A stretch of 64,000 nt of DNA from Planctomycetota bacterium (GTDB lineage: Bacteria; Planctomycetota; UBA1135; GCA-002686595): positions 11,467 to 75,466 of the forward strand of contig DASCNH010000069.1 in the NCBI GenBank assembly GCA_036011365.1. The letters run 5' to 3'. The notes below the pieces were generated by a model. The model was not told the origin of the DNA. It ran no database searches and saw only the letters and a list, made by a program, of their open reading frames with translations. The translations under genes were made by a program, and so were the position numbers. Positions 55,198-62,751 of this stretch are shown one piece after another; within the stretch, counting starts at the first letter, position 1, and every line of letters begins with the position of its first letter.

Positions 55198-56557
55198 GAA
55201 CCTGCGCCTGGTGGCCTGGCTAGTCCTGCGGCGCGGCGGCGATGCGCCCCTGCGCGCCGTGAACGAAGCCGCTGACCACTTCGAACTCGACGCCCGGGAC
55301 CGTGGCCTGCTGCGCCACCTGGTCGGCGTGGAGGTGCGACGCCGCGGCACCCTGCGCGCCATCCTGCTCCGCCTGGCCCACCGCCCCCCCAAGACGGACC
55401 TCGCCGCCCACCTGCGCCTGGGCCTGGCCCAGCTCTTCTTCCTGGATCGCGTTCCCGATCACGCCGCGGTCTCCGAGACCGTGCGCGCCGTGACCGACAC
55501 CCTCGGCCAGGCCAAGGGCCGCACCGCCAACGCCGTCCTGCGCAGCGCCATCGCCCTGCGCCGGGATGGAGCCAGCGACGACCCACGCCAGGACCTGCCG
55601 GACTGCCAGTACCACCTGGCCGAGCCCATCTTCCGCGACCCCGAGCAGCACCCGCTGCTGTGGGCCGAGGACGCCCTCTCCATGCCCTCCGCCCTGGTCG
55701 GCCGCTGGAGCCGCCGCTGGGGCCAGGAAGAGGCCTTCCGCCTGTCCCGGTTGGCCCTCGCGGAGACGCCCCTCTCCCTGCGCCTCGGCACAGAGCTCCG
55801 CGCGCCGGACACGCCGCTTCCCGAGGAGCTCGCCATCCTAAAGCCGCGCCCCACCGCCCACCCGTCCGTCTTGCTGCTGCCCGCCTCAGCCAGCGAGGCG
55901 CTCTTCGCCTCGGGCGCCTTCGCCGCTGGCCAGGTCTCCATCCAGGGCGAGACCGCCCTGCGCGCCGCCGAGCTCATGGGCGCCGCCCCCGGCGAGCGCC
56001 TGCTGGACCTGTGCGCCGCCCCCGGCGGCAAGACCGCTGTCCTGGCCGAAGCGGGCGCCCAGGTCCTGGCCCTCGATCGCAGCCCCGCCCGCCTGGCCCC
56101 CCTGCTCCAAAACATGGCCCGCTTGGGTCTCACGGAGCGCGTGACCGCCATCGCCGGCGACGGCACAGCTTCCCTGTCCGCGTCCGGCGCGCCCCCTTTC
56201 GACGGCGTCCTGGTCGACGCCCCCTGCACCAACTCCGGTGTCCTGGCCCAACGCCCCGGCGCCCGCTGGCGCTTCGGCCCCAAGAGCGAGGCAGACCTCA
56301 ACGCCATCCAGGATCGCCTGCTTTCCGAGGCCGCCGCCATCGTGCGCCCCGGCGGCCGCCTGGTCTACTCCACCTGCAGCCTGGAGCCCGCCGAAAACGC
56401 CCAACGGGTGCGTGCTTTCCTGGAGGCCCACCCCACCTGGACCCTGGCCGAGGAGTTCAACGTCCGCCCGGGTCTTCCCGCCAGCGGCGGCTCCGCCGAC
56501 AGCGCGACCGCCCCCGCCGCTGATGGTGGTTACGGGGCACGCCTGGTGCGCGCCTAG
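55190..56557 (+). CDS. rsmB: 16S rRNA (cytosine967-C5)-methyltransferase
   Basis: The GTG start overlaps the fmt stop. It has a NusB-like N-domain, LDLCAAPGGKT, VLVDAPCTNSGVLAQRPGARW and LVYSTCSLEPAEN. The fmt-rsmB pairing is conserved. Confidence 0.9.
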   Translation: MPENLRLVAWLVLRRGGDAPLRAVNEAADHFELDARDRGLLRHLVGVEVRRRGTLRAILLRLAHRPPKTDLAAHLRLGLAQLFFLDRVPDHAAVSETVRAVTDTLGQAKGRTANAVLRSAIALRRDGASDDPRQDLPDCQYHLAEPIFRDPEQHPLLWAEDALSMPSALVGRWSRRWGQEEAFRLSRLALAETPLSLRLGTELRAPDTPLPEELAILKPRPTAHPSVLLLPASASEALFASGAFAAGQVSIQGETALRAAELMGAAPGERLLDLCAAPGGKTAVLAEAGAQVLALDRSPARLAPLLQNMARLGLTERVTAIAGDGTASLSASGAPPFDGVLVDAPCTNSGVLAQRPGARWRFGPKSEADLNAIQDRLLSEAAAIVRPGGRLVYSTCSLEPAENAQRVRAFLEAHPTWTLAEEFNVRPGLPASGGSADSATAPAADGGYGARLVRA

Positions 56558-56973
56558 CCCCTGGCGCGGGCGACGGGCCAGGCCAGCTTGCCGCTGGGTT
56601 GGTCGCCCGCCGCAACAGCCCGAAAGCCGCCGCCGGAAAAAGGGGCGTTGCAGGCCTGCTGCGCTCCGCCAGCGGTGTCGAACGCCGCCTCCTTCGTGTC
56701 CACCGCCAGCGCCGGGCTCTGGCCGCAGAGCGTGGGCCTGGGCGCGCTCGCCTCCATCGCCGTCGGGGCGAACCACACCCCGTGCGCGATCGCATCGCTG
56801 CCGTTGAAGTCGCAGAGGCTGCTCGGTTGGCCAGCTCCGAGCGCCGTGGCGTTGTCAAAGGTATGGACACCCTCACCGCTGATGCCCGCTGCCCGCCCGC
56901 AGTCTGCGCCCCTCGGCGCTGGCGACGATTGCGTTCCTGGGCCGTTTCGCGTCACGGCCCACCCTGGTGCCAT
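56554..56973 (-). CDS. possible hypothetical protein or gene remnant (strand assignment uncertain)
   Basis: This ORF and the upstream part of track ORF 56588..57571 (+) share the same third-codon positions, both with high GC3, so only one can be real. The minus-frame product contains D/E/K/F/N (HTFDNATALGAGQPSSLCDFNGSDAIAHGVWFAPT). The plus-frame product is A/S/P-only. There is no signal peptide and no family match. Confidence 0.3.
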   Translation of the reverse strand: MAPGWAVTRNGPGTQSSPAPRGADCGRAAGISGEGVHTFDNATALGAGQPSSLCDFNGSDAIAHGVWFAPTAMEASAPRPTLCGQSPALAVDTKEAAFDTAGGAQQACNAPFSGGGFRAVAAGDQPSGKLAWPVARARG

Positions 56974-57001
56974 GCCCGTGTGCAGGGGTTATGGTGGGGC
57001 C

Positions 57002-57571
57002 ATGGCTCGCCCGGCTCCCCCGCCCAAAAAACCCTTCCCGGTTATCCCCGCCGTCACGCTGGTGCTCCTGATCTCCGCCGCGCTCTACGCGGCCGGGTTG
57101 GCTAGCAAGACCCGGCTGGTGGCGCAGGAGACCGCCGCTGAACCGGAGTACGTGCCCTTCTCCAGCCTGCCGGAGGAGGCGCCGCCCCAGCGTTCGGGCG
57201 GGGGCGCGCCGGTGTATTCGCGCAGCGCGCGTGGCCTGGGGCGCAATGCGGATGGCGGCGATGAGCAGCCCGCCGCCGGTTCGTTGCTGGACACGACTGT
57301 CTGGCGTGGCGCCCTGGACGAGGCCGCCAGCGGCTACGTCCTGGCCCGGGAAGCAGCCACGGCCCGCGCCGCCGGGAACCACGCCCTCTTCCAGGAGAAG
57401 GGCGGTGCCGCCAAGCGCGCCTTCGACCGGGCCCTGATCCAATCCGTGCCCTTCGTGGAGCGGCTGATGGCCGCCCACGGGGACGCCGACCCTGAGGTGC
57501 GCAAGGCCCTGGCCATCCAGGGCCGCTGGCGCGAACAGCTGATCGCCTTCCACAAGACCACCGGGCGCTGA
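57002..57571 (+). CDS. hypothetical membrane-anchored protein (189 aa)
   Basis: The start was moved to ATG 57002, giving MARPAPPPKKPFPVIPAVTLVLLISAALYAAGL. Its stop overlaps the ATG of the SDR gene (TGATG). Confidence 0.5.
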   Translation: MARPAPPPKKPFPVIPAVTLVLLISAALYAAGLASKTRLVAQETAAEPEYVPFSSLPEEAPPQRSGGGAPVYSRSARGLGRNADGGDEQPAAGSLLDTTVWRGALDEAASGYVLAREAATARAAGNHALFQEKGGAAKRAFDRALIQSVPFVERLMAAHGDADPEVRKALAIQGRWREQLIAFHKTTGR

Positions 57572-58428
57572 TGGCCGCCACCGGCCCGAGTGAACAGGCC
57601 GTTGGGCGGCGCGTCCTGATCACCGGCGCGTCATCCGGCATCGGTGCGGCCACGGCCCGCGCCGCGGCTGCCGCGGGCTATCGCCTGGCGCTCCTGGCCC
57701 GCCGCCGCTCCACCTTGGAAGAGCTCGTAGCCTCCCTGCCGCCCGTCGCCGCCCAGGCGGGGGCCGAGGCGCGCTCCACCTCCCCGGGGCACCTCGTCCT
57801 GTCCGCCGATGTCTCAGACGAAAGCGCCCTGGCCCCGGCCCTCGACCGCGTGGCCGAGGCCTTCGGCGGCCTCGACCTGGTGGTCAACAACGCCGGCGTC
57901 GGCTACCGGGCGCGGGTCGAGGAGCTCGACGCCGCCCAGGCCCGCCGGGTGCTGGACACGAACATCATCGGCCCCCTGCTGGTGGCCCGGGGCACCTTGC
58001 CGCTCCTGCGCCGCGGCAGCGATCCGGTGTTGGTCAATGTCTCCTCGGTCCTCGGCCGCCGGGGGGTTCCCGGCCAGGCGGTCTACGGTGCCAGCAAGGC
58101 CGCCCTCTCTTCAATCAGCGAAGCCCTGCGCCTGGAGTGGGCCAGCGAAGACATCGCGGTCTGCAATCTCGAACCCGCCCTGACCGCCACGGGTTTCTTC
58201 GAAGCCCAGGCCAACCCGGCGGGCCTGCCCCACCCGGACTTCGCCGCCTCGGATTCGGCCGACGCCGTGGCCCGCGTCATCCTGGACCTCGACGCGCGCC
58301 CGCGCCCGGAAACCTCCCTGCGCAAAAAGTGGCGGCTGCTCGCCGCCCTGGGCCTGTTTGCCCCGCGCCTGGCGGACCGCCTCTTGGCCAAGAACCTCGG
58401 CGGCGGCTGGCGAGCACCGAGGCGCTGA
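57571..58428 (+). CDS. short-chain dehydrogenase/reductase (SDR)
   Basis: VLITGASSGIGAATA, NNAGV, and the catalytic YGASKAAL motif. Confidence 0.9.
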   Translation: MAATGPSEQAVGRRVLITGASSGIGAATARAAAAAGYRLALLARRRSTLEELVASLPPVAAQAGAEARSTSPGHLVLSADVSDESALAPALDRVAEAFGGLDLVVNNAGVGYRARVEELDAAQARRVLDTNIIGPLLVARGTLPLLRRGSDPVLVNVSSVLGRRGVPGQAVYGASKAALSSISEALRLEWASEDIAVCNLEPALTATGFFEAQANPAGLPHPDFAASDSADAVARVILDLDARPRPETSLRKKWRLLAALGLFAPRLADRLLAKNLGGGWRAPRR

Positions 58429-58499
58429 AGGCGGGGCCACCGGCCCACGGGGCCCTAGCACGTCCCGGGCACAGTTACCGGCCACCGCACGGCAGGGCT

Positions 58500-58607
58500 C
58501 CCTAGCGCCGCACGACACGCAAGCACACCACGACTCGCAAGCGCACTGCGGCTCGCAAGCGCACCACGACTCCCGAACACACCACGGCTCCCCGAGCACT
58601 GCACGGC
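58500..58607. repeat. six-unit degenerate 18-bp tandem repeat in a convergent intergenic region
   Basis: Plus-strand units are ccctagcgccgcacgaca, cgcaagcacaccacgact, cgcaagcgcactgcggct, cgcaagcgcaccacgact, cccgaacacaccacggct and ccccgagcactgcacggc. They are contiguous with no spacers. Confidence 0.8.
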
Positions 58608-58700
58608 CTCGCCGCGCCGCGACCACGCACTACTTGCTCACGCACCGCCCGGGCACCACGCGGTCTGCGCCTGCGCCGGTCCTCCCGGCCCGGCCCGCCG

Positions 58701-59288
58701 CTACTGTTCCTGCCCTCGCGGGCCGTGAGCCTGGGGGGGGCGGCGAAGCTCCTGCCCAGCCCCGCCGTCCGCCGCCCTCGGCAGGGCTGCCGGCGGATCC
58801 TTGGCTTCCGCTTCCGGGGGTGCCGGGAAGGGCGCCTCCCCGGGGACATGCTCCTCCAGCCAGCGCTCGTTGGTCTGAACCGTCCCCACCACCGGGGCCG
58901 GAATGAGCCCCGTGACCCGCTGCAGTTCATCCAGGATCTCCGCCGGAACCAGCGCCGGCATGGCGACGGCGAGCAACGACCCGTTCTTGGCCAGTGGCAC
59001 CAGGCCGGTACGCCTCAGGAATGGCCCGATGCCGGCGGCCATGAGCTCCGCCACCAGCGCCGGATCCGGTTGGGCGCGGTCCACCGGCAGAAAGGGAAGC
59101 CCGTAGACCTCGCAGACAACCTGGGAGAGTTCCCAATCGCTGATGCCGCCCCCGGCCAGCACCGCCCAGGGGAAGGCCTCCGGCCCGGCCAGGGCCGCAC
59201 CCAGACCCGCCTCGGTCAGTTGCCCCCCTGGGCGCTCCGCCAGGGCCGTGGCCAGCCGCCTGTAGTCATACCTGTAGCGCTGTTTCAC
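58701..59288 (-). CDS. stand-alone T2SSE_N/MshEN-like domain protein with disordered tail
   Basis: GISDWELSQVVCEVYGLPFLPVDRAQPDPALVAELMAAGIGPFLRRTGLVPLAKNGSLLAVAMPALVPAEILDELQRVTGLIPAPVVGTVQ matches the N-terminal domain of GspE/PilB/MshE ATPases. No ATPase domain follows. Confidence 0.6.
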   Translation of the reverse strand: MKQRYRYDYRRLATALAERPGGQLTEAGLGAALAGPEAFPWAVLAGGGISDWELSQVVCEVYGLPFLPVDRAQPDPALVAELMAAGIGPFLRRTGLVPLAKNGSLLAVAMPALVPAEILDELQRVTGLIPAPVVGTVQTNERWLEEHVPGEAPFPAPPEAEAKDPPAALPRAADGGAGQELRRPPQAHGPRGQEQ

Positions 59289-59375
59289 AGTCTGGTAATC
59301 GACCAGCGCACGGTCGGATCTGAAGCGCAGCTACTCCCCGCCTGAGCCTCCCGCGCGCTGGCCTGCCCCTGCGCC

Positions 59376-60773
59376 CTAGCGCGCCACCAGGCGGAAGCCC
59401 AGGGCGCCGTGCATGTAGTACGGATAGGCCCAAGCGCGATCGCTGGTGCGCAGGTAGAAGGTGTGTGTCGTGTCGCTGAACGACCCGCCACGGATGACGC
59501 GCCGGGCTGTGCCCACGGGGCCCACCGGGCCCGTGGGGTTTACGATCGGACTACTGGCGTAGTAGCCAAAGTCGAACCAATCTCCGCACAACTCATCCAC
59601 GTTGCCGTTCATGTCGTAGAGCCCGTAGCCGTTCGCCGTGTCCGTGCCGCTCGGCACCTGGTTGCCGTTGTAGTAGCCCACAGGCGTGGTGGCCGGACTC
59701 CGTGCTTCAAAGGGATCGCCGGATGACCGGTAGTTCGCATGGGAGCCGTTGATTGCCTCGCCCCATGAGAACCTGTAGTGCTGACCACCCCTGGCAGCGT
59801 ACTCCCACTCGGCCTCGGTGGGCAACCGATAGCCGTCCGTGGCGTGGTCGCAGTCCCAGGTCAACTCGTCGTAGGCTTCCGTCAAGCCATGGGCGCGGCT
59901 CAGGCTGTTGGCGTACAGGCAAGCGCCATACCAAGACACCTCTACGGCCGGGTGATCTTCCCAACCTGGCAATGTGCTGAACGTGTTGCTGGTCGCGTCC
60001 CAGGCGATGTGGCTGCTCTGGCTGCTGTCATGTGTGTGGCAGAGCGCCTCCCCCGCGCCACCCTCCTGCCAGACGCCGTCGCCATTCTTCCGCACTTCGC
60101 CGCGCCCCATGGCGCAGTTAAGGAATGCCGTGTATTTACTGTTGGTGACCTCGAGGGTGTCCATCCAAAAGCCGCTCAGAATGACCAGATGCAGGGGATC
60201 TTCGTCACTGGTGCCTTCATCATGGTGGTCTCCCATGCGGAACGGCCCACCGGGGATGGCCTGCATGCCTGCGTGGAGACCTTCTCCGCCGCCGCAGTTG
60301 AAGGTGATTGCGTATCCGTCGGTCAGGTTGAAGCTCGCCCCACCTGCCGCTGGGTCCCTATACCAGGCCTGGAAATACCAGGTGGAGCCGGTTGTGATCT
60401 GACCGGCCACAATCGATTGGGCAGCGTAATCCACGGCCCACTCCAGGGACCCACCTCCGGCTGAAAGCGGCGGGCTGAGACGAAACAAACCCACTCCAGC
60501 GGGATGGATACAGCGGAAGCCGTTTCCCAGGGGCGCGTTGTCCTCCCCGGCGCCATAGAAGAAGAGCCCTGGCCGATTGGGCGGCAGGAACTCGGCTCGC
60601 AACACGAGGTCGTTGCGCAGGATGTCCGCCGTGCCGCTAGCGCTCATCGGGGCGCCGACGCCCGTGGAGTTGACGCCGGCTTGGCAATAATTGGTGCCTG
60701 GCTCCCCGGCCAGAGCCGAGGGTGCTGATAGCGAGCAGAGAAGTAAGAGGCCGTAGATGGGTTTGGTTTGCAT
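59376..60773 (-). CDS. secreted two-domain protein: uncharacterised N-terminal beta-rich domain + C-terminal FGE-sulfatase (SUMF1/EgtB/PvdO) domain
   Basis: The start was moved to ATG 60773, giving signal MQTKPIYGLLLLCSLSAPSALA. FGE motifs are present: GYRLPTEAEWEYAARGG, ANGYGLYDMNGNVDELCGDWF, RVIRGGSF, GFRLVAR. Confidence 0.85.
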   Translation of the reverse strand: MQTKPIYGLLLLCSLSAPSALAGEPGTNYCQAGVNSTGVGAPMSASGTADILRNDLVLRAEFLPPNRPGLFFYGAGEDNAPLGNGFRCIHPAGVGLFRLSPPLSAGGGSLEWAVDYAAQSIVAGQITTGSTWYFQAWYRDPAAGGASFNLTDGYAITFNCGGGEGLHAGMQAIPGGPFRMGDHHDEGTSDEDPLHLVILSGFWMDTLEVTNSKYTAFLNCAMGRGEVRKNGDGVWQEGGAGEALCHTHDSSQSSHIAWDATSNTFSTLPGWEDHPAVEVSWYGACLYANSLSRAHGLTEAYDELTWDCDHATDGYRLPTEAEWEYAARGGQHYRFSWGEAINGSHANYRSSGDPFEARSPATTPVGYYNGNQVPSGTDTANGYGLYDMNGNVDELCGDWFDFGYYASSPIVNPTGPVGPVGTARRVIRGGSFSDTTHTFYLRTSDRAWAYPYYMHGALGFRLVAR

Positions 60774-61040
60774 GTATTTGTTGGTTGTGTCCGTCGGCTG
60801 TGCCAGCCGGTGCTTGCCCCTCCTAGCCCATATCACTCTCAAGGGCTTTGCCAGAATACGAGCGGGGGGGGTGAGGAATAGTGAGGAAGTAGCCGTACTG
60901 GCCGCCGCACCTACGGGGCCTCCTGCGGCCTATCGCCCGGCCTGCCTTCAATTGCAGTGGGCTGGGGCATCTTGGTCGCGGTCCAGTCCAGGCCGTGGCA
61001 CCATCCAGGACCCCAGGCGATCTTTCTTCGGTCCGCGCTG

Positions 61041-61355
61041 GCGCGCCGCTAGCCGGAAGCCGCAGTCGGTCTCGCGGCTGTTGGACCACCACCTGCCGCG
61101 CTCCGCACAGCGCGTGGGGGCTGGCGCTGAGGTCTAAGGAGCCCCCTCGCAGGAGGCCGCGGCTCCGCTCGCCGGCCCCGTGGGATTGTCCGTGGGGCTT
61201 CACGCGCAGTAGGCGCTGTTACACCAATCACCGCACCACTCCCAGGCGTTGCTACTCATGTCATGCAGCCGGCGGCCATTGGCCATGTGGTGCCGGCCGG
61301 AGTTCGGTCGCCCTCGTAGTGACCCGCCGGCCAGGTCGCACCCCTGCCCTGGCAG
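61041..61355 (-). pseudogene. decayed FGE-sulfatase-domain paralogue (in-frame TGA plus at least two frameshifts)
   Basis: Pieces read in three minus-strand frames align to the intact neighbour. WPAGHYEGDRTPAG matches PVGYYNGNQVPSG. ANGRRLHDMSSNAWEWCGDWCNSAYCA-TGA-SPTDNPTGPASG matches ANGYGLYDMNGNVDELCGDWFDFGYYASSPIVNPTGPVG. ERGRWWSNSRETDCGFRLAAR matches the RGGSF...GFRLVAR end. Boundaries are approximate. Confidence 0.6.
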
Positions 61356-61460
61356 CCCGGAGCGCCGCCCTGGCCTCCCCGGTTCCGTAACCCGCGCCTG
61401 CCCGCTACACTCCTTCCACAGCCCAATCCACGGGTTATCCACACCTGTGGACAAATCGCC

Positions 61461-62657
61461 ATGCGTCGCATAGCCGTCATCAATCAAAAGGGAGGGGTGG
61501 GCAAGACCACCACCTGCGCCAACCTGGGCAGCGCCCTGGCCCGGGCTGGAGCCCGTGTGGTGCTGGTGGACATGGATCCCCAGGCCAACCTCAGCCTGCA
61601 CCTGGGCGCCGAGCTCGAGCCCGACGAACCGTCCGTCTATTCGGTCCTCCTGGGGTCAACTCCTTTGGTGGAGGCCCTGCGGCCGACGACCACGCCGAAC
61701 CTCAAGCTCGTGGCCAGCCACATTGACCTCTCCGGCGCCGAACTGGAGTTGGCGGCGGCCATCGGCCGCGAGACCCTCCTGCGCGACGCCGTCAGCTCCT
61801 GGGAGGCCGCGGCCCCTGAGGGCGGCGCCGACTTCCTGATCATCGACTGCCCGCCCAGCCTCGGCCTGCTCTCCGTCAACGCCCTGGCGGCCGTCCAGGA
61901 GGTCCTGATCACGCTCCAAACCGAGTTTTTTGCCCTCCAGGGCATGAGCAAGCTGGTCGAGGTGGTCCAGCTCATGCGCCGCCGGTTGAACCCGGAGCTG
62001 GAGATCACCGGCATCCTGCCCTGCCTCTACGACAGCCGCCTGCGCCTGGCCCGGGAGGTCCTGGGGGAGATCCGGCGCTATTTCCCGGCCCGCGTCTTTC
62101 CGCGCCCGATCCGTTCCAACGTGAAGCTGGCCGAGAGCCCCAGCTACGGCCAGTCGATCTTCGAGTACGCACCCTCCTCCCCGGGCGCCCAGGACTACGC
62201 GCGCCTGGCCGCCCACATGCTGGCCGCCACCCCCGGCGAGGCCGGCGGTCCCGCTGGCGGCCAAGAGGTGCCCAAGACCGCATCGGCCACCGGGGCTACC
62301 GGGGCCCCCGCGCCTACGGCAGCTACCGGAGCCCACGCGGAGGCGACCGCCGGGGGGATCGCGGGGAGCCACGCAACAACCGAGCGCCCGGCTCCCGATG
62401 AGGCCCGCGGCTCCTCGCCTCCGGTCGAAATCTCGCCCCAGGCGTCGGCCGCTGCCGCCCTGGCCGAGCCAGCCGAGCCTGTAGAGCCGGCCGAGCCGCT
62501 GGCGGAAGCGGCCCAGGCGCCACCGGAGAGGCCCATATCAAGCGCCCCCGCCGCCACGCCACGCCCCGAGTCCAAGCCTCCGGCCCGGCGCATCGTGCGC
62601 GCCACGGACCTGCCCGCCCTCGACGCCGAGATCTTCGGCGGCGGCGGCCAGCGCTGA
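61461..62657 (+). CDS. ParA/Soj-family ATPase with ~140-aa Ala/Pro-rich C-terminal extension
   Basis: Deviant Walker A in IAVINQKGGVGKTTT, VLVDMDPQAN, LIIDCPPSLG. The tail is low complexity (ATGATGAPAPTAATGAHAEATAGG...AEPAEPVEPAEP). Confidence 0.9.
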   Translation: MRRIAVINQKGGVGKTTTCANLGSALARAGARVVLVDMDPQANLSLHLGAELEPDEPSVYSVLLGSTPLVEALRPTTTPNLKLVASHIDLSGAELELAAAIGRETLLRDAVSSWEAAAPEGGADFLIIDCPPSLGLLSVNALAAVQEVLITLQTEFFALQGMSKLVEVVQLMRRRLNPELEITGILPCLYDSRLRLAREVLGEIRRYFPARVFPRPIRSNVKLAESPSYGQSIFEYAPSSPGAQDYARLAAHMLAATPGEAGGPAGGQEVPKTASATGATGAPAPTAATGAHAEATAGGIAGSHATTERPAPDEARGSSPPVEISPQASAAAALAEPAEPVEPAEPLAEAAQAPPERPISSAPAATPRPESKPPARRIVRATDLPALDAEIFGGGGQR

Positions 62658-62751
62658 CCGGGCTACACCCCAGGCAGCGCCGCATGGGGCAGCGGGCGCC
62701 TAATACGCGGGAATAACCCCCACTAGAGACGATAACGCCGTGTCCAACCCA

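Noticed and set aside
58500-58607. The 18-bp repeat array, considered as a CRISPR array.
   Set aside because: The units are directly contiguous with no spacers and are degenerate, and no cas genes are present. This is a simple tandem repeat, not a CRISPR array.
61200-61202. The in-frame TGA inside the FGE-sulfatase remnant, considered as a possible selenocysteine codon.
   Set aside because: The aligned residue in the intact paralogue is a non-catalytic Ser. The remnant also carries frameshifts and an internal deletion, so a nonsense mutation in a pseudogene is the simpler reading.
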